Of a DNA stretch of 64,000 bases, positions 40,833-52,798 are shown in pieces. The notes below the pieces were generated by a model. The model saw nothing but the letters and a program-made list of their open reading frames with translations, did no database searches and had not been told where the DNA came from. Position 1 is the stretch's first letter. Each line of letters starts with the position of its first letter. The stretch comes from Candidatus Binatia bacterium (GTDB lineage: Bacteria > Desulfobacterota > Binatia > HRBIN30), in the NCBI GenBank assembly GCA_038245295.1, contig JBBRSP010000009.1, positions 160,001 through 224,000 of the forward strand, in the 5' to 3' direction. A program made the position numbers and the translations under genes.

Positions 40833-42653
40833 ATGGGGCGACGACGGCTCGGCCAGTTTTGTCTCGTATTGGCACTGCTCAGCGCGAGCCTCGCGCCCGA
40901 GGCCTTCGCGCTCTCTACGGCGTTCACCTACCAGGGACAATTGCAGAAGGATGGCGGTTCCTCCAACGGGGCCTGCGATTTCCGCTTCCTGCTGTTCGAC
41001 GCGGTCGGTAGCGGTGCACCGCCGGCGGGCGGCACCCAGATCGGCAACACCGCGGCGCGAGACGCTGTCGACGTATCCGGCGGTGTGTTCACGGTGCCGC
41101 TCGACTTCGGCGCCGCCGCCTTCAGCGCGGGGAACGATCGCTGGCTGCAGATCGCCGTGCGCTGTCCGGCCGGGAGCGGGTCGTACCAGACACTGGCCCC
41201 GCGACAGCCGCTCACGCCGGCGCCGTTCGCGCTCTTTGCCAATGCCATCGCTGACGGATCCGTGAGTACGGCGAAGATCGCACCGGGCGCGGTCACGGCG
41301 TCAAATCTCGCGAACAACGCTGTCACCGCGGCGCAGATCGCCGACGGAAGCGTTACCACCAGCGAGCTCGCCAACGGCGCGGTGAGCACGGCGAAAATCG
41401 GTGACGGCCAGGTCACCAGCGCCAAGCTCGTCGCACCGCTGCGTCTGACGTCGTCGGTGGCGAACACCAAGATCGGCGCTTTCGACGGCACTTCAACCGG
41501 CTCGGACGGCATCGGGGTGAGCGGCACGGCCGGCAGCGGCATCAATTCAGTTGGCGTGTTCGGCTCCGCGAATGCAGGCACCGGCGTGGTCGGTGAAAGT
41601 AACGACGGCGACGGTGTGCGGGGTACGAGTCGTGACGGGGCCGGCGTCTACGGTGAGAGTCTGAGCGCTCCCGGCGTCTGGGGCGAGAGTGCTGATGACG
41701 GAGTGTTTGGAGTTTCGACCGGGTCTGGCGTTGGAGTCAGCGGGGTGGCCATGGAGGGCGCCGGCGTGTACGGCGAGAGTATCAACGGGACTGGCGTCCT
41801 AGGTGAGGGCAAAGCATCCGGGGTCAGGGGATTCAGTGCCACGGGCGAGGGGGTCATTGGAGTGTCCGTAAAGCTCAGCGGCGTCGGCGTGCACGGGATT
41901 GCGAACGTCAGCGGCGACTTGGGTCTGGCGAGGGGCGTGTTTGGCGAGAGTAACGATGGAGTTGGCGTGGTCGGCCTGAGTCACGACAACGTTGGTGTCG
42001 CAGGTGCTGGCAGGATCGGCGTGGCCGGTACCACTCTAGCAGAGGACGGCGCCGGCGTTGGTGGAGAGAGCCTGAGCAACAACGGCGACGGCGTGCGTGG
42101 CAAGGCCACGTTTGGCATCGGCGTGCGCGGCGAAAGCGCCTCGGGCCTCGCCGGCTTGTTTGTCGGTCCCGTAGCAGTGTCTGGCGTGCTGACGGCGGGC
42201 CAGAAGCTGTTCAAGATCGATCACCCGCTCGACCCGGCGAACAAGTACCTCATGCATGCCGCCGTCGAGAGTCCCGAGCTGAAGAACATCTACGACGGCG
42301 TCGTCGTGCTCGACACGAACGGCGAGGCCCTGGTCGAGCTGCCGCAGTGGTTCGAGGCGCTGAACCGCGACTTCCGCTACCAGCTTACGTGCATCGGTGG
42401 TGTCGCGCTCGTATACGTGGCTGACGAGATCAGCGAGGGCCACTTCCGCATCGCCGGCGGGACCCCGGGGCTGAAGGTCTCGTGGCAGATCACCGGCGTT
42501 CGCAAGGATGCGTTTGCCGTCGCCCATCCACTCGTCGTGGAAGCGGAGAAGACGGCCGACGAGCGTGGGCGCTACCTCTATCCCAGGGAACTGGGCATGC
42601 CGGCCTCCCTGTCCGTCGATCGCACCAGTGGTAAATCGATCCCGTTCCCCTAG
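40833..42653 (+). CDS. Secreted fibre/beta-helix repeat protein with C-terminal chaperone-like domain
   Basis: Signal peptide, AFTYQGQL, 10-aa (D/N)GxVxxAKI repeats, GVxG repeats and FKIDHPLDPANKYL.H..VESPE. Confidence 0.8.
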   Translation: MGRRRLGQFCLVLALLSASLAPEAFALSTAFTYQGQLQKDGGSSNGACDFRFLLFDAVGSGAPPAGGTQIGNTAARDAVDVSGGVFTVPLDFGAAAFSAGNDRWLQIAVRCPAGSGSYQTLAPRQPLTPAPFALFANAIADGSVSTAKIAPGAVTASNLANNAVTAAQIADGSVTTSELANGAVSTAKIGDGQVTSAKLVAPLRLTSSVANTKIGAFDGTSTGSDGIGVSGTAGSGINSVGVFGSANAGTGVVGESNDGDGVRGTSRDGAGVYGESLSAPGVWGESADDGVFGVSTGSGVGVSGVAMEGAGVYGESINGTGVLGEGKASGVRGFSATGEGVIGVSVKLSGVGVHGIANVSGDLGLARGVFGESNDGVGVVGLSHDNVGVAGAGRIGVAGTTLAEDGAGVGGESLSNNGDGVRGKATFGIGVRGESASGLAGLFVGPVAVSGVLTAGQKLFKIDHPLDPANKYLMHAAVESPELKNIYDGVVVLDTNGEALVELPQWFEALNRDFRYQLTCIGGVALVYVADEISEGHFRIAGGTPGLKVSWQITGVRKDAFAVAHPLVVEAEKTADERGRYLYPRELGMPASLSVDRTSGKSIPFP

Positions 42654-42692
42654 GCAGAGCTTATGTGAGCTGCCGTCGGCGCGGAGAAGAGC

Positions 42693-45600
42693 CTAAGGTT
42701 TCGCGAGTGCGGCGCGCGCTCCGTCGAATTCCTTGGCGATGCGACTTACCGCCTCGGCGGCGCCGCCGAGCTCGCCGGCGCGGGCCCGCGCCTCGAGTGC
42801 CGCGCACAGCTCTCCCAGCTCGGTCGCTCCGAAACTCGCCGCATTCGATTTCAGCGTGTGGGCGTGGCGGCGAAGCGCGTCGACGTCGCCCGCACCCGCA
42901 GCCTCGGCCATCTTTGCGATCAACACCACCCCGTTGTCGAGGAACGACGCCACCAGACGGGCGAGCGCCTCGGGCTTCGGGGCGATGGTCTGGAGCCGTG
43001 CGAGGGCCTTGGGGTCGAGCACCGTGACGGTCGGACGATCCGCAGCTCGATTCGGCGTCGCCGCCAGCGCCGCGGCAAGCTCCTCGGTGCGGATCGGCTT
43101 GGCGAGGTAGTCGTCCATGCCGGCGGCGAGACACGCTTCGCGATCGCCTTGCATCGCATTCGCGGTCATCGCAACGATGCGCGGCTGCGGGCTCGGCCCG
43201 TCCGAACGGATACGACGGGTGGCCTCCAAGCCATCCATCTCGGGCATCTGCACGTCCATCAGTACCAGGTCGTACGGCAAGCGGTTCACCGCCTCGACCG
43301 CCTCGACGCCGTTGGCGGCGACATCGGCGCGATACCCCATCGATTCCAGCAGCAGGATGGCGAGCTGTTGGTTCACGTTGTTGTCCTCGGCGAGAAGGAT
43401 GCGCAGCGGATGTCGCTCGCCGAGTGATGTGGCCGATCCTTCGTCAATAGTCGCACGCTCGATGGTACCATCGCTCAGCAGCGAGACGAGCACGTCGAAG
43501 AGCTGCGACTGCTTCACCGGCTTGGCGACGACGGCGGCGAATACCGGATCGACCTGCTCGGCGCCGCCGAGCGAGGTGTACAGCACCAGCGGCAGCTCGG
43601 GCCGTAGCGCCCGCAGCCGATGCGCGAGCTCTAGGCCGTCCATGCCGGGCATGTGCATGTCGAGGATCGCCAGGTCGAACAGATCGCCGCGCTCGACGAG
43701 CGCCAGCGCCTCCTCGCCCGTCTCCACCGAATGACCGTGGAGGCCCCAAGCTTCGGTCTGGAGATCGAGGATGCGCCGGTTGATGGCGTTGTCGTCGACC
43801 AGCAGGACGTGCTTGCCGGTCAGCTCGCTCGGTACACCCGCCGCCGCCGCCCGCGACGGAACGTCCGCCGCTGCCGCGATGACGGTGAAGTGGAATGTGG
43901 AACCCTCGCCCGCGACGCTCTCCACCCACATGGTGCCACCCATCAGCTCGGCCAGACGCTTGCTGACGGCGAGACCGAGGCCGGTGCCGCCGTATTTGCG
44001 CGTCGTCGACGAGTCGAGCTGGCTGAACTCCTCGAACAGGCGGTGCACGCGATCGGCGGGGATGCCGATGCCGGTGTCGCGCACGGCGAGGTGCACCTGA
44101 TTGGGCTCGCTGCCGGGCTCGGCGCTGAGCACCACCTCGCCGGTTTCGGTAAACTTCACCGCGTTGCCGAGTAGGTTGACCAGCACCTGACGGAAGCGCG
44201 TGACGTCACCGCTCAGACCCGCGGGCAGGCCCGGATCGATGAGAAAGGCGAGCTCGAGTCCCTTACGCGCCGCCGGCTCGGTGACGAGATCGAACGCCGA
44301 CTCGATACAGGCCCGCAGATCGAACGGGTGCGTCTCCAGCTCCAGCCGGCCGGCATCGATCTTCGAGAAGTCGAGGATGTCGTTGATGATGCCGAGCAGC
44401 GACTCGCCGCTCGAGCGAATGATCTCGGCGAACTCGCGCTGGCGCGGCGCGAGGGCGGTGTCGAGCAGCAGGCCGCTCATGCCGATCACGGCGTTCATCG
44501 GCGTGCGGATCTCGTGGCTCATCGTCGCCAAGAACGACCCCTTCGCCGCGTTCGCCTCCTCGGCGAGGCGCGTCTGCTCCTCGATCTCGCGCAGCAGGCG
44601 GGCGTTGTCGACGGCAATCGCTGCCTGGCCGGCGAAGGTCTGCAGCAACGACACCTGTTCCTCCGAGAATCCGCCGGCGCGATCGCCGACGAAGCCGACG
44701 ACGCCGACGGTCACCCCGTTGCGCACCATCGGCACGACGAGCGAGCTGCTGCGACCCGCGCCGCGCGCCAGCGAGCTCGGGTAGACGTCGGCGGGCAGCG
44801 CGCTCCAATCGCGCACGTGGATCATCTCGCCGCTCATCGCCGCGTCGCCGAGGGGCGAGGAGTCGTCGATGGCGAAGCGGTCACCGGCCACCGAGGTCGC
44901 CGGACCGGCCTGGGCGACGGCAACCAGTTCATCGCCGTCGCGCACGACGATGAGGGCACCCGCCCCACCGCCGAGGCGGTCGGCGTGGTGGACGACCGCG
45001 TCGTAGACCGGCTGGAGATCGAGGCGCGAGGTGCTGACCGCATCGAGCACCTGCGTCATTGCCGTTTGTCGTTCGAGCGCGGCGTCCAGATCGTTGAACA
45101 ACCTGGCGTTGCCGATCGCGATCGCCGCCTGTTCGGCGAAGACCTGGGCGATACGACCGTGCCGCGGCTCGAACGGCCGCACCTCTCTCCGCGTCAGGGT
45201 CAGGATGCCGTAGGGCTCGCCGTCGACGATCAAGGGCGCCAGCAAGCAGCTCCGGACTTCCGTCGGCACACCCGGCATGAGGGCGGTCATGTCGTCAACG
45301 AACCGCACGGTGGTCGACCAGTCCTGCGCTGGTGGACTCGACGATCGAAAATGCCCGACGTTTCCCTGGAGGTGCTCGTAGCTCGTCGCCTGGAGCACGA
45401 ACTCCTCACCTTCGAGGCGACTGATGCTGGCGCCGTCGGCATCGCCCAGACGAGCGGCCTGGGCGACGATGCCGGCGAACACCTTGCGCAGATCACCGGG
45501 GTTGGCGCTGATGAGCGCGAGGACCTCGCTGGTGGAGGTCTGCAGCTCCAGCGACTCGCCCAGCTCGGCGTTGCGCTGTTCGATCTCGACCAGGAGGTGG

Positions 45601-48600
45601 GCGTTGTTCACGGCGACCGCCGCCTGATCCACGAAGGTCTTCAGCAGGGAAACCTCGGCATCGGTGTAGCCGCCGCTCGTGAAGCGGGAGAACGCGACGA
45701 CGCCGACGGCGACGTCGTCGCGAATCATCGGGATGGAGAGGGCGCTCTTGGCGCCGGCTCGCCGGCTCGGCGCGTTCGGGTAGCGATCCGCCGGTTCGTC
45801 ATCCCAATTTCTGATGTGGACGATCTCGCGCCGGTGTGCACTGGCTCCGAACAGGGTGCTGTCGTCAATCGGCATGATTCCGAACGCCGACGAGGCATCA
45901 GGCACCCCCGCCTTCGCCACAACGACGAGTCCATCGCCGCGACGCATCGCCACCAGCGCGCCGGTTCCGCCGCAGAGGCGGTCGGCATGGCGGGCGAGGA
46001 CGTCGAACACCGGCGTCAGATCGGTGCGCGCCGTGCTGACCGCGTCGAGTAGCTCGGTCATCGCCTCTTGTCGGGCGAGCGACTCGGCGAGGTCGTTGAA
46101 CAGACCGGCATTGGTGACGGCGATCACCGCCTGGTCGGCGAACGCTTGCAGGATGGCTGCTTGTGCGGAGGTGAACGGCCTGACCACGCGCCGGCCCAGG
46201 AGGATGTTGCCGAGATGCTTGCCCCGCCCGACGAGCGGGACGATCATCTGGCTGCGGTTCCCGGTCTCGCGGACGAACTCGGCGATGGACGAGTGATCAT
46301 CGGCCGTGACCAAGCTCAGCACGTCGTCGGCCATCAGTGGCTGATCGATGTCCCAAAGTGCCTTGGTGGCCGGCAGGACACGGCCCGTCATGGATCCCGT
46401 TGGGTTGTCGTCGGCGGCGACGGTGACGGTGTCGTCGTCGCGCAGGAGGAGGAAGATGAGACCCTGGTCGGCGTCGCACAGCCGGTGCGCCTGGGCCAGG
46501 ATGCCCTGGAGCACGGTGCGAAGCTCGCCCGGATGCTCGCTGATCAGCCGCAACACCTCGGCCATCGCGGTCTGCAGCTCCAGCGCCGCATCGAGGTCGT
46601 TGAACAGTTTGGCGTTGCCGATGGCGATCGCTGCCTGCTCGGCGAAGACCTCGACGATGCGACCGTGGCGCGGCTCGAACGGGCGGATCTCGGTTCGGTT
46701 CAGGTTGAGGTTGCCGTACACGGCACCGTCGACGAGCAGGGGCGCGGTCAGCATGCTGCGCACTTCCGGCAGCGACGGGTCGAGGGCTGAATAGTCGTCG
46801 ATGAACTGCGTGACGGAGAGATTCGCGACCGTACGGATTGGAATGCGATACCGCCCGACCAGACCCTCGTGCGCCGGATTGCTCGTCGCCTGCAACAACA
46901 AGTGATCACCGTCCAGCACGGATATGCCCGCCCCATAGGCGTCGCACAGACGCGCGGCTTGGCCGACGATACCGTCGAAGACCTTGCGCAGATCACCGGG
47001 GTTGGCGCTGATGAGCGCGAGGATCTCGCTCGTCGCGGTCTGCAGTTCCAGAGACTCGGCGAGATCGCTGTTGCGCTTTTCGATCTCGCGCAGCAGCCGA
47101 GCGTTCTCGACCGCGATCGCCGCCTGGTTGGCGAACGCCTGCAGCAGCGAGACCTCCCCTTCGCTGTAGCCACCTCGCATCAAGCGCATCACGCTGAGGG
47201 CGCCCACGGCCGTGCCATCACGCAGCATCGGGACACACGCCACCTCCGCGCCGGTCGTGCGTAGCACCGGCGAGTTGGCAAAATACTCGGCGGGGCGGCT
47301 GTCCCAGTCGTCGATGGTGATCGCCTTCTCGGACAGGATCGTGGCGCCACTGACCGAGGTATCGTCGAGATCACTCCACTGCCAGTCGAGGCTCGATGCG
47401 ACACCACCGTCGATTGCCGCGACCTGTACCCGGTCACCCTGCCGCAGCACGATCCCGCTAGACTGACTGCCGCACAAGCGGCTCGCATGTCCGACGATGC
47501 GGTCGAACACCGGCTGCAGATCGAAGCGGGCGGTGCTCACCGCGTCGAGCACATCGGTCATCGCCCGTTGCCGCGCCAACGCCGCATCGAGGTCGTTGAA
47601 CAGCTTGGCGTTGGCGATTGCGATCGCTGCCTGCTCGCCGAAGGCATTGAGGATGTTGGCTTCCCGTTCGTCGAACGGGCGCACCTGGTGGCGATACCCC
47701 CCCAACATACCGTACAGCGCGCCGTCGATGTGCAAGCCGACCGCCAGAAAGCTGCGGACGTCTTCCGGTATCGTACGCTCCGGCGCCGAGAGCGCAGATA
47801 GGTCGTCCACACGGATGGTCTCGCCGGCGCTCAGCGCCACGATAGTCGTGCGCACTGCCGGCCACGACAAACCCACCGTTTCGGGATGGTGTGGATTCGC
47901 CAGGAACGTCATCGAGTCACCACCATCGAACCGACAAACGATCCCGGCGTCGGCGTCGCACAGGCGAACCGCCCGTTCGATCAGGCCGTTCATCACCGCG
48001 ATGAGGTCGCCCGGATGGGCGCTGATGAGCGCGAGCACCTCGCTGGTGGCGGTCTTGAGCTTGAGCGACTCGTCGAGTTCGTTGTTGCGACGTTCGATCT
48101 CGCGCAGCAGGCGGGCATTGTCGACGGCGATCGCCGCCTGGTTGGCGAACGTCTGCAGCAGCGCGATCTCCGCATCCGTGTAGCCGCCCCGTTGCGGGCG
48201 GCTGAAGGTGATCGCGCCGAGGGCCGTTCCATCGCGCAGCATCGGCACCGCCACCACCTCGCCGTCGTACGATCGCGCCACGGGCGACAAGGGGTACTGG
48301 TCGGCCGGTCGAGCAGCCCAATCGGGGATCGAGATCACTCGCCCGGTGAGGATGCTTTCACCGCTCGCCGACGTGTCGTCGAGCGGGCCGTGCTCCCACA
48401 GCGCGGGGGCGGCGCTGCTCGTTGCCGCCAAGAGCACGCCGTCACCCTCTCGCACGAAGATCATCGCACCGCTGCCGTTGCACAGGCGGCCCGCATGCGC
48501 GGCGATGCGCTGGAACACGGGCTGCAAATCGACCCGCGCGGTGCTCACCGCGTCGAGGACATCGCCCATCGCCTGTTGCCGCAGCAACGACTCCTCGAGG

Positions 48601-49187
48601 TCGTTGAACAGGCGCGCGTTGGCGATGGCAAGCGACGCCTGTTCGCCGAATGCGGCGAGTGCGGTGAGCTCGTCGTCGCTGAACGGCCGCACCTCGTGGC
48701 GGTACATGTGCAACCCGCCAACGCCGACGCCGTTGGCCGTGAGCGGCACGGAGGCATAGCTGCGCACGCGGGCAACGGTCACCAGTTCCTCGAAGTAGGC
48801 GATGCCCTTGGTCGCCTCGGCAAAATCGTCGACGTGGATCGCGCCGGATGGCGAAAGGGAAAAGCGCTCCGGCTCGGCCGAATCCCGCTTCACCCGCGTG
48901 CCGATGTACGGCGCCATCGCCGGCCCGTGCGAGGCCACGTAGCGGAGGAAGTCGCCCTCATCGAGCGTGATCGAACCGGCCTCTCCCCCGCACAGCTCGG
49001 CCGCCTTGGCGAGGATGCCATGGAGCACGGTCGTCAGGTCCCCGGGGTGGGCGCTGATCAGCCGCAGCGTCTCGGTCGTGGCCGAGAGCATGGCGCGGAC
49101 GAGCTGCGAGCTCGACGAAGCTTTTCGGGTCGGACGCTGCCGCCGACCCGCCGGCCCCTTCTTATCTGGGGCGTCAGTGGCGCTCAT
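42693..49187 (-). CDS. Hybrid sensor histidine kinase: 9 GAF-HisKA-HATPase-2 REC-HPt
   Basis: Nine QAAIA..NA.L linkers, [27 protein letters not shown], two REC domains and AHTLKS. Start set at MSATD. Confidence 0.93.
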   Translation of the reverse strand: MSATDAPDKKGPAGRRQRPTRKASSSSQLVRAMLSATTETLRLISAHPGDLTTVLHGILAKAAELCGGEAGSITLDEGDFLRYVASHGPAMAPYIGTRVKRDSAEPERFSLSPSGAIHVDDFAEATKGIAYFEELVTVARVRSYASVPLTANGVGVGGLHMYRHEVRPFSDDELTALAAFGEQASLAIANARLFNDLEESLLRQQAMGDVLDAVSTARVDLQPVFQRIAAHAGRLCNGSGAMIFVREGDGVLLAATSSAAPALWEHGPLDDTSASGESILTGRVISIPDWAARPADQYPLSPVARSYDGEVVAVPMLRDGTALGAITFSRPQRGGYTDAEIALLQTFANQAAIAVDNARLLREIERRNNELDESLKLKTATSEVLALISAHPGDLIAVMNGLIERAVRLCDADAGIVCRFDGGDSMTFLANPHHPETVGLSWPAVRTTIVALSAGETIRVDDLSALSAPERTIPEDVRSFLAVGLHIDGALYGMLGGYRHQVRPFDEREANILNAFGEQAAIAIANAKLFNDLDAALARQRAMTDVLDAVSTARFDLQPVFDRIVGHASRLCGSQSSGIVLRQGDRVQVAAIDGGVASSLDWQWSDLDDTSVSGATILSEKAITIDDWDSRPAEYFANSPVLRTTGAEVACVPMLRDGTAVGALSVMRLMRGGYSEGEVSLLQAFANQAAIAVENARLLREIEKRNSDLAESLELQTATSEILALISANPGDLRKVFDGIVGQAARLCDAYGAGISVLDGDHLLLQATSNPAHEGLVGRYRIPIRTVANLSVTQFIDDYSALDPSLPEVRSMLTAPLLVDGAVYGNLNLNRTEIRPFEPRHGRIVEVFAEQAAIAIGNAKLFNDLDAALELQTAMAEVLRLISEHPGELRTVLQGILAQAHRLCDADQGLIFLLLRDDDTVTVAADDNPTGSMTGRVLPATKALWDIDQPLMADDVLSLVTADDHSSIAEFVRETGNRSQMIVPLVGRGKHLGNILLGRRVVRPFTSAQAAILQAFADQAVIAVTNAGLFNDLAESLARQEAMTELLDAVSTARTDLTPVFDVLARHADRLCGGTGALVAMRRGDGLVVVAKAGVPDASSAFGIMPIDDSTLFGASAHRREIVHIRNWDDEPADRYPNAPSRRAGAKSALSIPMIRDDVAVGVVAFSRFTSGGYTDAEVSLLKTFVDQAAVAVNNAHLLVEIEQRNAELGESLELQTSTSEVLALISANPGDLRKVFAGIVAQAARLGDADGASISRLEGEEFVLQATSYEHLQGNVGHFRSSSPPAQDWSTTVRFVDDMTALMPGVPTEVRSCLLAPLIVDGEPYGILTLTRREVRPFEPRHGRIAQVFAEQAAIAIGNARLFNDLDAALERQTAMTQVLDAVSTSRLDLQPVYDAVVHHADRLGGGAGALIVVRDGDELVAVAQAGPATSVAGDRFAIDDSSPLGDAAMSGEMIHVRDWSALPADVYPSSLARGAGRSSSLVVPMVRNGVTVGVVGFVGDRAGGFSEEQVSLLQTFAGQAAIAVDNARLLREIEEQTRLAEEANAAKGSFLATMSHEIRTPMNAVIGMSGLLLDTALAPRQREFAEIIRSSGESLLGIINDILDFSKIDAGRLELETHPFDLRACIESAFDLVTEPAARKGLELAFLIDPGLPAGLSGDVTRFRQVLVNLLGNAVKFTETGEVVLSAEPGSEPNQVHLAVRDTGIGIPADRVHRLFEEFSQLDSSTTRKYGGTGLGLAVSKRLAELMGGTMWVESVAGEGSTFHFTVIAAAADVPSRAAAAGVPSELTGKHVLLVDDNAINRRILDLQTEAWGLHGHSVETGEEALALVERGDLFDLAILDMHMPGMDGLELAHRLRALRPELPLVLYTSLGGAEQVDPVFAAVVAKPVKQSQLFDVLVSLLSDGTIERATIDEGSATSLGERHPLRILLAEDNNVNQQLAILLLESMGYRADVAANGVEAVEAVNRLPYDLVLMDVQMPEMDGLEATRRIRSDGPSPQPRIVAMTANAMQGDREACLAAGMDDYLAKPIRTEELAAALAATPNRAADRPTVTVLDPKALARLQTIAPKPEALARLVASFLDNGVVLIAKMAEAAGAGDVDALRRHAHTLKSNAASFGATELGELCAALEARARAGELGGAAEAVSRIAKEFDGARAALAKP

Positions 49188-49307
49188 GCGGGAATGTGGA
49201 TACGCCGTGCTGCTGCGGCGGTCAATCGTCAGTCGGACAGCCTCCAACGGCTTGGGGATCTCACGCAGAGTCGCAAAGGCGCAGAGAGAACACGAGGGCG
49301 TTTGCCC

Positions 49308-49403
49308 GGACACCCACCCTTGAGCGGCGTCGCTTATGTTGGCTCGCTGCGTAGTTGAGCGACCTCTGCGGGAAAGCGTTATCTTTGACGGGGGTGGGTG
49401 TCC
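49308..49403. repeat. Short element bounded by 12-bp inverted repeats at the BVMO 5' break
   Basis: GGACACCCACCC (49308-49319) ... GGGTGGGTGTCC (49392-49403). Confidence 0.6.
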
Positions 49404-49416
49404 TCCTGGTGTCCTC

Positions 49417-51084
49417 TTCGTCGATGATCCGTATGTCGAGCCTGGGTTCACGCGCCCGCCGCTGACCGACGAAGTCGAGGTGGCCGTGATTGGCGGCGGC
49501 TTCGGCGGACTGCTGGTCGGGGCGCGACTGCGTCAGCTCGGCGTCAAGGACATCCGCGTCATCGAAAAGGGGGGCGACTTCGGCGGCACCTGGTACTGGA
49601 ACCGATATCCAGGCGTGGCGTGCGACATCGAGTCGTACGTGTACATGCCGCTGCTTGAAGAGGTCGACTACATTCCCAGGGAGAAGTACAGCCGGGGATC
49701 CGAGATATTCGCTCACTGCAAGGCAATCGCCGAGAAGTTCGACCTCTACCGTAACGTTTGCTTCCAGACCGAAGTGACCGAGCTGCGATGGGACGCGCCC
49801 GGTTGTTGCTGGATCATCGCGACCAATCGCGGCGACGCCATGAAGGCGCGGTTCGTCTGCTTGTCGAATGGCTTCCTACAAAAGCTGAAGCTGCCCGGCA
49901 TCCCCGGAATCGAAACGTTCCAGGGGCATTCCTTCCACACCAGCCGCTGGGACTATTCGTACACGGGCGGCGACTCGAACGGCAATCTGACAGGTCTCCA
50001 CGGCAAGCGTGTTGGCATCATCGGCACCGGCGCGACGGCGGTGCAATGCATCCCTCACCTCGGTGCCGGCGCCTCTCACCTCTACGTCTTCCAGCGCACG
50101 CCGTCGTCCATCGACGTACGGGCCAACCGCCCGACGGATCCCGAATGGGCGAACCACCTCGAGCCCGGCTGGCACCAGAAGAGAATGGACAACTTCCAGA
50201 TCCTCACCGCCGGCGGCTTCCAGGAAGAAGATCTGGTGAACGACGGTTGGACGGACATCATGCGCAAATTGCTGTCGATGATGACGTCGACGGAACATTC
50301 CGACATCGGCCCGGAGACGCTGAGTCGAACCATGGAGATGGCCGACTTCCTCAAAATGGAGCAGATCCGGGCGCGTGTCGACGCGATCGTCAAGGACCCG
50401 GCAACGGCCGAGTCGCTAAAGCCCTACTACCGCCAGTTCTGCAAGCGCCCGTGCTTTCACGACGATTACCTGAAGACGTTCAACTAACCCAACGTCACGC
50501 TCGTCGATACCAACGGCAAGGGCGTTGAGCGCATCACGGAGAAGGGAGTCGTCGTCGATGGCAGGGAGTACGGACTCGATTGCCTCATCTATGCCACCGG
50601 CTTCGAAGTCGGGACCGACTATACGCGCCGTGCCGGCTACCAGATCAACGGACGAGATGGCGTGACGTTGACGCAGAAGTGGAGCGACGGAGCGACGACG
50701 CTGCACGGCATCCACATCCACGGCTTCCCCAACTGCTTCATGATGAGCATCGCCCAGTCCGGCTTCACCGTGAACTTTCCCTACCTGATCAACGAGCAGG
50801 CCAAGCACATCGCCTACGTCGTCGATCGCGCGCTCGAAAAGGGGCTGCGATCGCTCGAGGTCACGCAAGAGGCGGAAACCGAGTGGGTCGAAGCGGTCGT
50901 CGAGCGTTCGGGTCTGACCACCGACCTCAGCGAGAATTGCACCCCAGGTTACTATAACAATGAAGGAATGCCCGGAAGAATCGGCCGGCAGAACGGTTTC
51001 TACTTCGGCGCACCGACGGAGTTCGTCGAAATCCTCGCGCAATGGCGAGCCGACGGTCGGTTGAAGGGTTTGGAATGCCGCTAG
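49417..51084 (+). pseudogene. Baeyer-Villiger monooxygenase (cyclohexanone monooxygenase family), disrupted
   Basis: [24 protein letters not shown] and GTGAT. In-frame TAA at 50485-50487 within TFN*PNVTLVDT; the same frame continues to 51084. No convincing start. Confidence 0.85.
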
Positions 51085-51112
51085 GCACACGTGCCGCCAA
51101 GGAGAGCAGACG

Positions 51113-51580
51113 ATGAACCGAAGCTTCCTCGATCTCGACCGCTACAAATGGCGGGAAGTTACCGGCGAGCCCGGTCAGTCCTTATTGATCCGCCACGACT
51201 ACACCATTCTCGGCTGCGATCTGGCCGCGGGTACGCTCGACATGTTGGTGCGCTGGAGGGGCGACGGCGGCCACTGCCCCATTCATCGACACGTCTCGAC
51301 TACCACCGTCCTGGTGATCGCCGGCGAGCAACACCTGTGGGACCTGTCTCCGGACGGCACGCGTGGCGCGCATCGGGTGCGGCGTACCGGCGACTACGCA
51401 CTCACGGTCGGCGACGACACGCTGCCGCATCTCGAGCGCGGCGGTGCGGAGGGCGGTGTCACCTTCTTCGGCAATCACTCCCGCGACGGGCGGCTCTACG
51501 AGATCTTCGACGAGGAGGGGAAGCTCGTTATGGACGTCACGATGGAGTTGCTACTGGCAGATTGGCAGGCGAACAGCTGA
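51113..51580 (+). CDS. Cupin-fold hypothetical protein
   Basis: CPIHRH...GEQH...PHLE metal-like residues; RBS AGGAG. Confidence 0.7.
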   Translation: MNRSFLDLDRYKWREVTGEPGQSLLIRHDYTILGCDLAAGTLDMLVRWRGDGGHCPIHRHVSTTTVLVIAGEQHLWDLSPDGTRGAHRVRRTGDYALTVGDDTLPHLERGGAEGGVTFFGNHSRDGRLYEIFDEEGKLVMDVTMELLLADWQANS

Positions 51581-51581
51581 A

Positions 51582-52757
51582 ATGGAGTTAGATTTCACGG
51601 CGGAGCAGCGCAAATTCCGCGATGACCTGCGCGCCTATCTCTCCGAGTTGATGACCGGAGCGCTTGCGTGCGAAGTTGCCGGTGGGTTTGAGGGTGGTGG
51701 CCCGGAGTTTCGCAAGGCGATGAAGCGCATGGGCAAGGACGGGTTGCTCGGTCTCAGCTGGCCGAAGCAGTACGGCGGCCAGGAGCGCTCCGCCATCGAG
51801 CAGTTCATCTTCGCTGACGAGATCCAGGCGGTCGGCTTTCCTCTCCCGTTCCTGACCCTGAACACGATCGGGCCGACGCTGCGCAAGTATGGAACCGAGG
51901 AACAACGGCAACACTTCCTGCCGAAGATCCTCGCCGGCGAGATCTTCTTTTCCGTCGGTTACTCCGAGCCCGGTGCCGGAACCGACCTCGCCGCCTTGCA
52001 GACCCGCGCCGTGCGCGACGGCGACGACTGGGTGATCAACGGCCAGAAGATGTGGACCAGCCTGGCCGAATACGCCGACTACGTCTGGCTTGCCGCGCGC
52101 ACGGATCCCGCCGCAGAGAAGCACAGCGGCCTCTCCATCTTCCTCGTGCCGACCGCGTCGAAGGGCTATTCACGGCAGCCGATTCTTACCGTCGGCGGCG
52201 TTTCCACCAATGCAACTTTCTATGACGATGTTCGCGTCCCCGCCGAGAACCTGATCGGCGGCGAGAACAACGGTTGGCGCCTGATCGTCGGGCAGCTCAA
52301 TCATGAACGGATTTCGGTCATGACCGTCGGGCTGTTGCGACGAAACCTCGAGGCGGTGACGCAGTGGGCCAGGGAAACCCAGATGGATGGCCGGCGCGTC
52401 ATCGATAAGGATTGGGTACAGCAGAACCTGGCTCGCATCTACGCCAAGGCCGAGGTGCTGCGTCTGATGAATTGGAAACAAGCCTGGGCGGCGGCGAAGG
52501 GGCAGCCGAACGTGGCGGATTCCTCGTCGATCAAGGTCTACGGCAGTGAGCTGAATATCGAAGCCTATCGCGCCATGCTGGAGGTGACGGGCGCGGCAGG
52601 CATCCTGACCAATGGCAGCCCGGGGGCCGTGCTGCGAGGCAAGATCGAGTCTTCGTATCGCAACGGACTGATCCTCACGTTTGGCGCCGGGACGAACGAG
52701 GTCCAGCGCGACATCATCGCCATGGCCGGCCTCGGCCTACCTCACTACAAGTACTGA
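51582..52757 (+). CDS. Acyl-CoA dehydrogenase (FadE26/ChsE4-like)
   Basis: GYSEPGAGTDLA, INGQKMWTS, LNHER and LILTFGAGTNEVQRDII. Confidence 0.93.
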   Translation: MELDFTAEQRKFRDDLRAYLSELMTGALACEVAGGFEGGGPEFRKAMKRMGKDGLLGLSWPKQYGGQERSAIEQFIFADEIQAVGFPLPFLTLNTIGPTLRKYGTEEQRQHFLPKILAGEIFFSVGYSEPGAGTDLAALQTRAVRDGDDWVINGQKMWTSLAEYADYVWLAARTDPAAEKHSGLSIFLVPTASKGYSRQPILTVGGVSTNATFYDDVRVPAENLIGGENNGWRLIVGQLNHERISVMTVGLLRRNLEAVTQWARETQMDGRRVIDKDWVQQNLARIYAKAEVLRLMNWKQAWAAAKGQPNVADSSSIKVYGSELNIEAYRAMLEVTGAAGILTNGSPGAVLRGKIESSYRNGLILTFGAGTNEVQRDIIAMAGLGLPHYKY

Positions 52758-52798
52758 GCGATCCCGCATCAGCACTACAAAACGAGATGGATTGAGCC

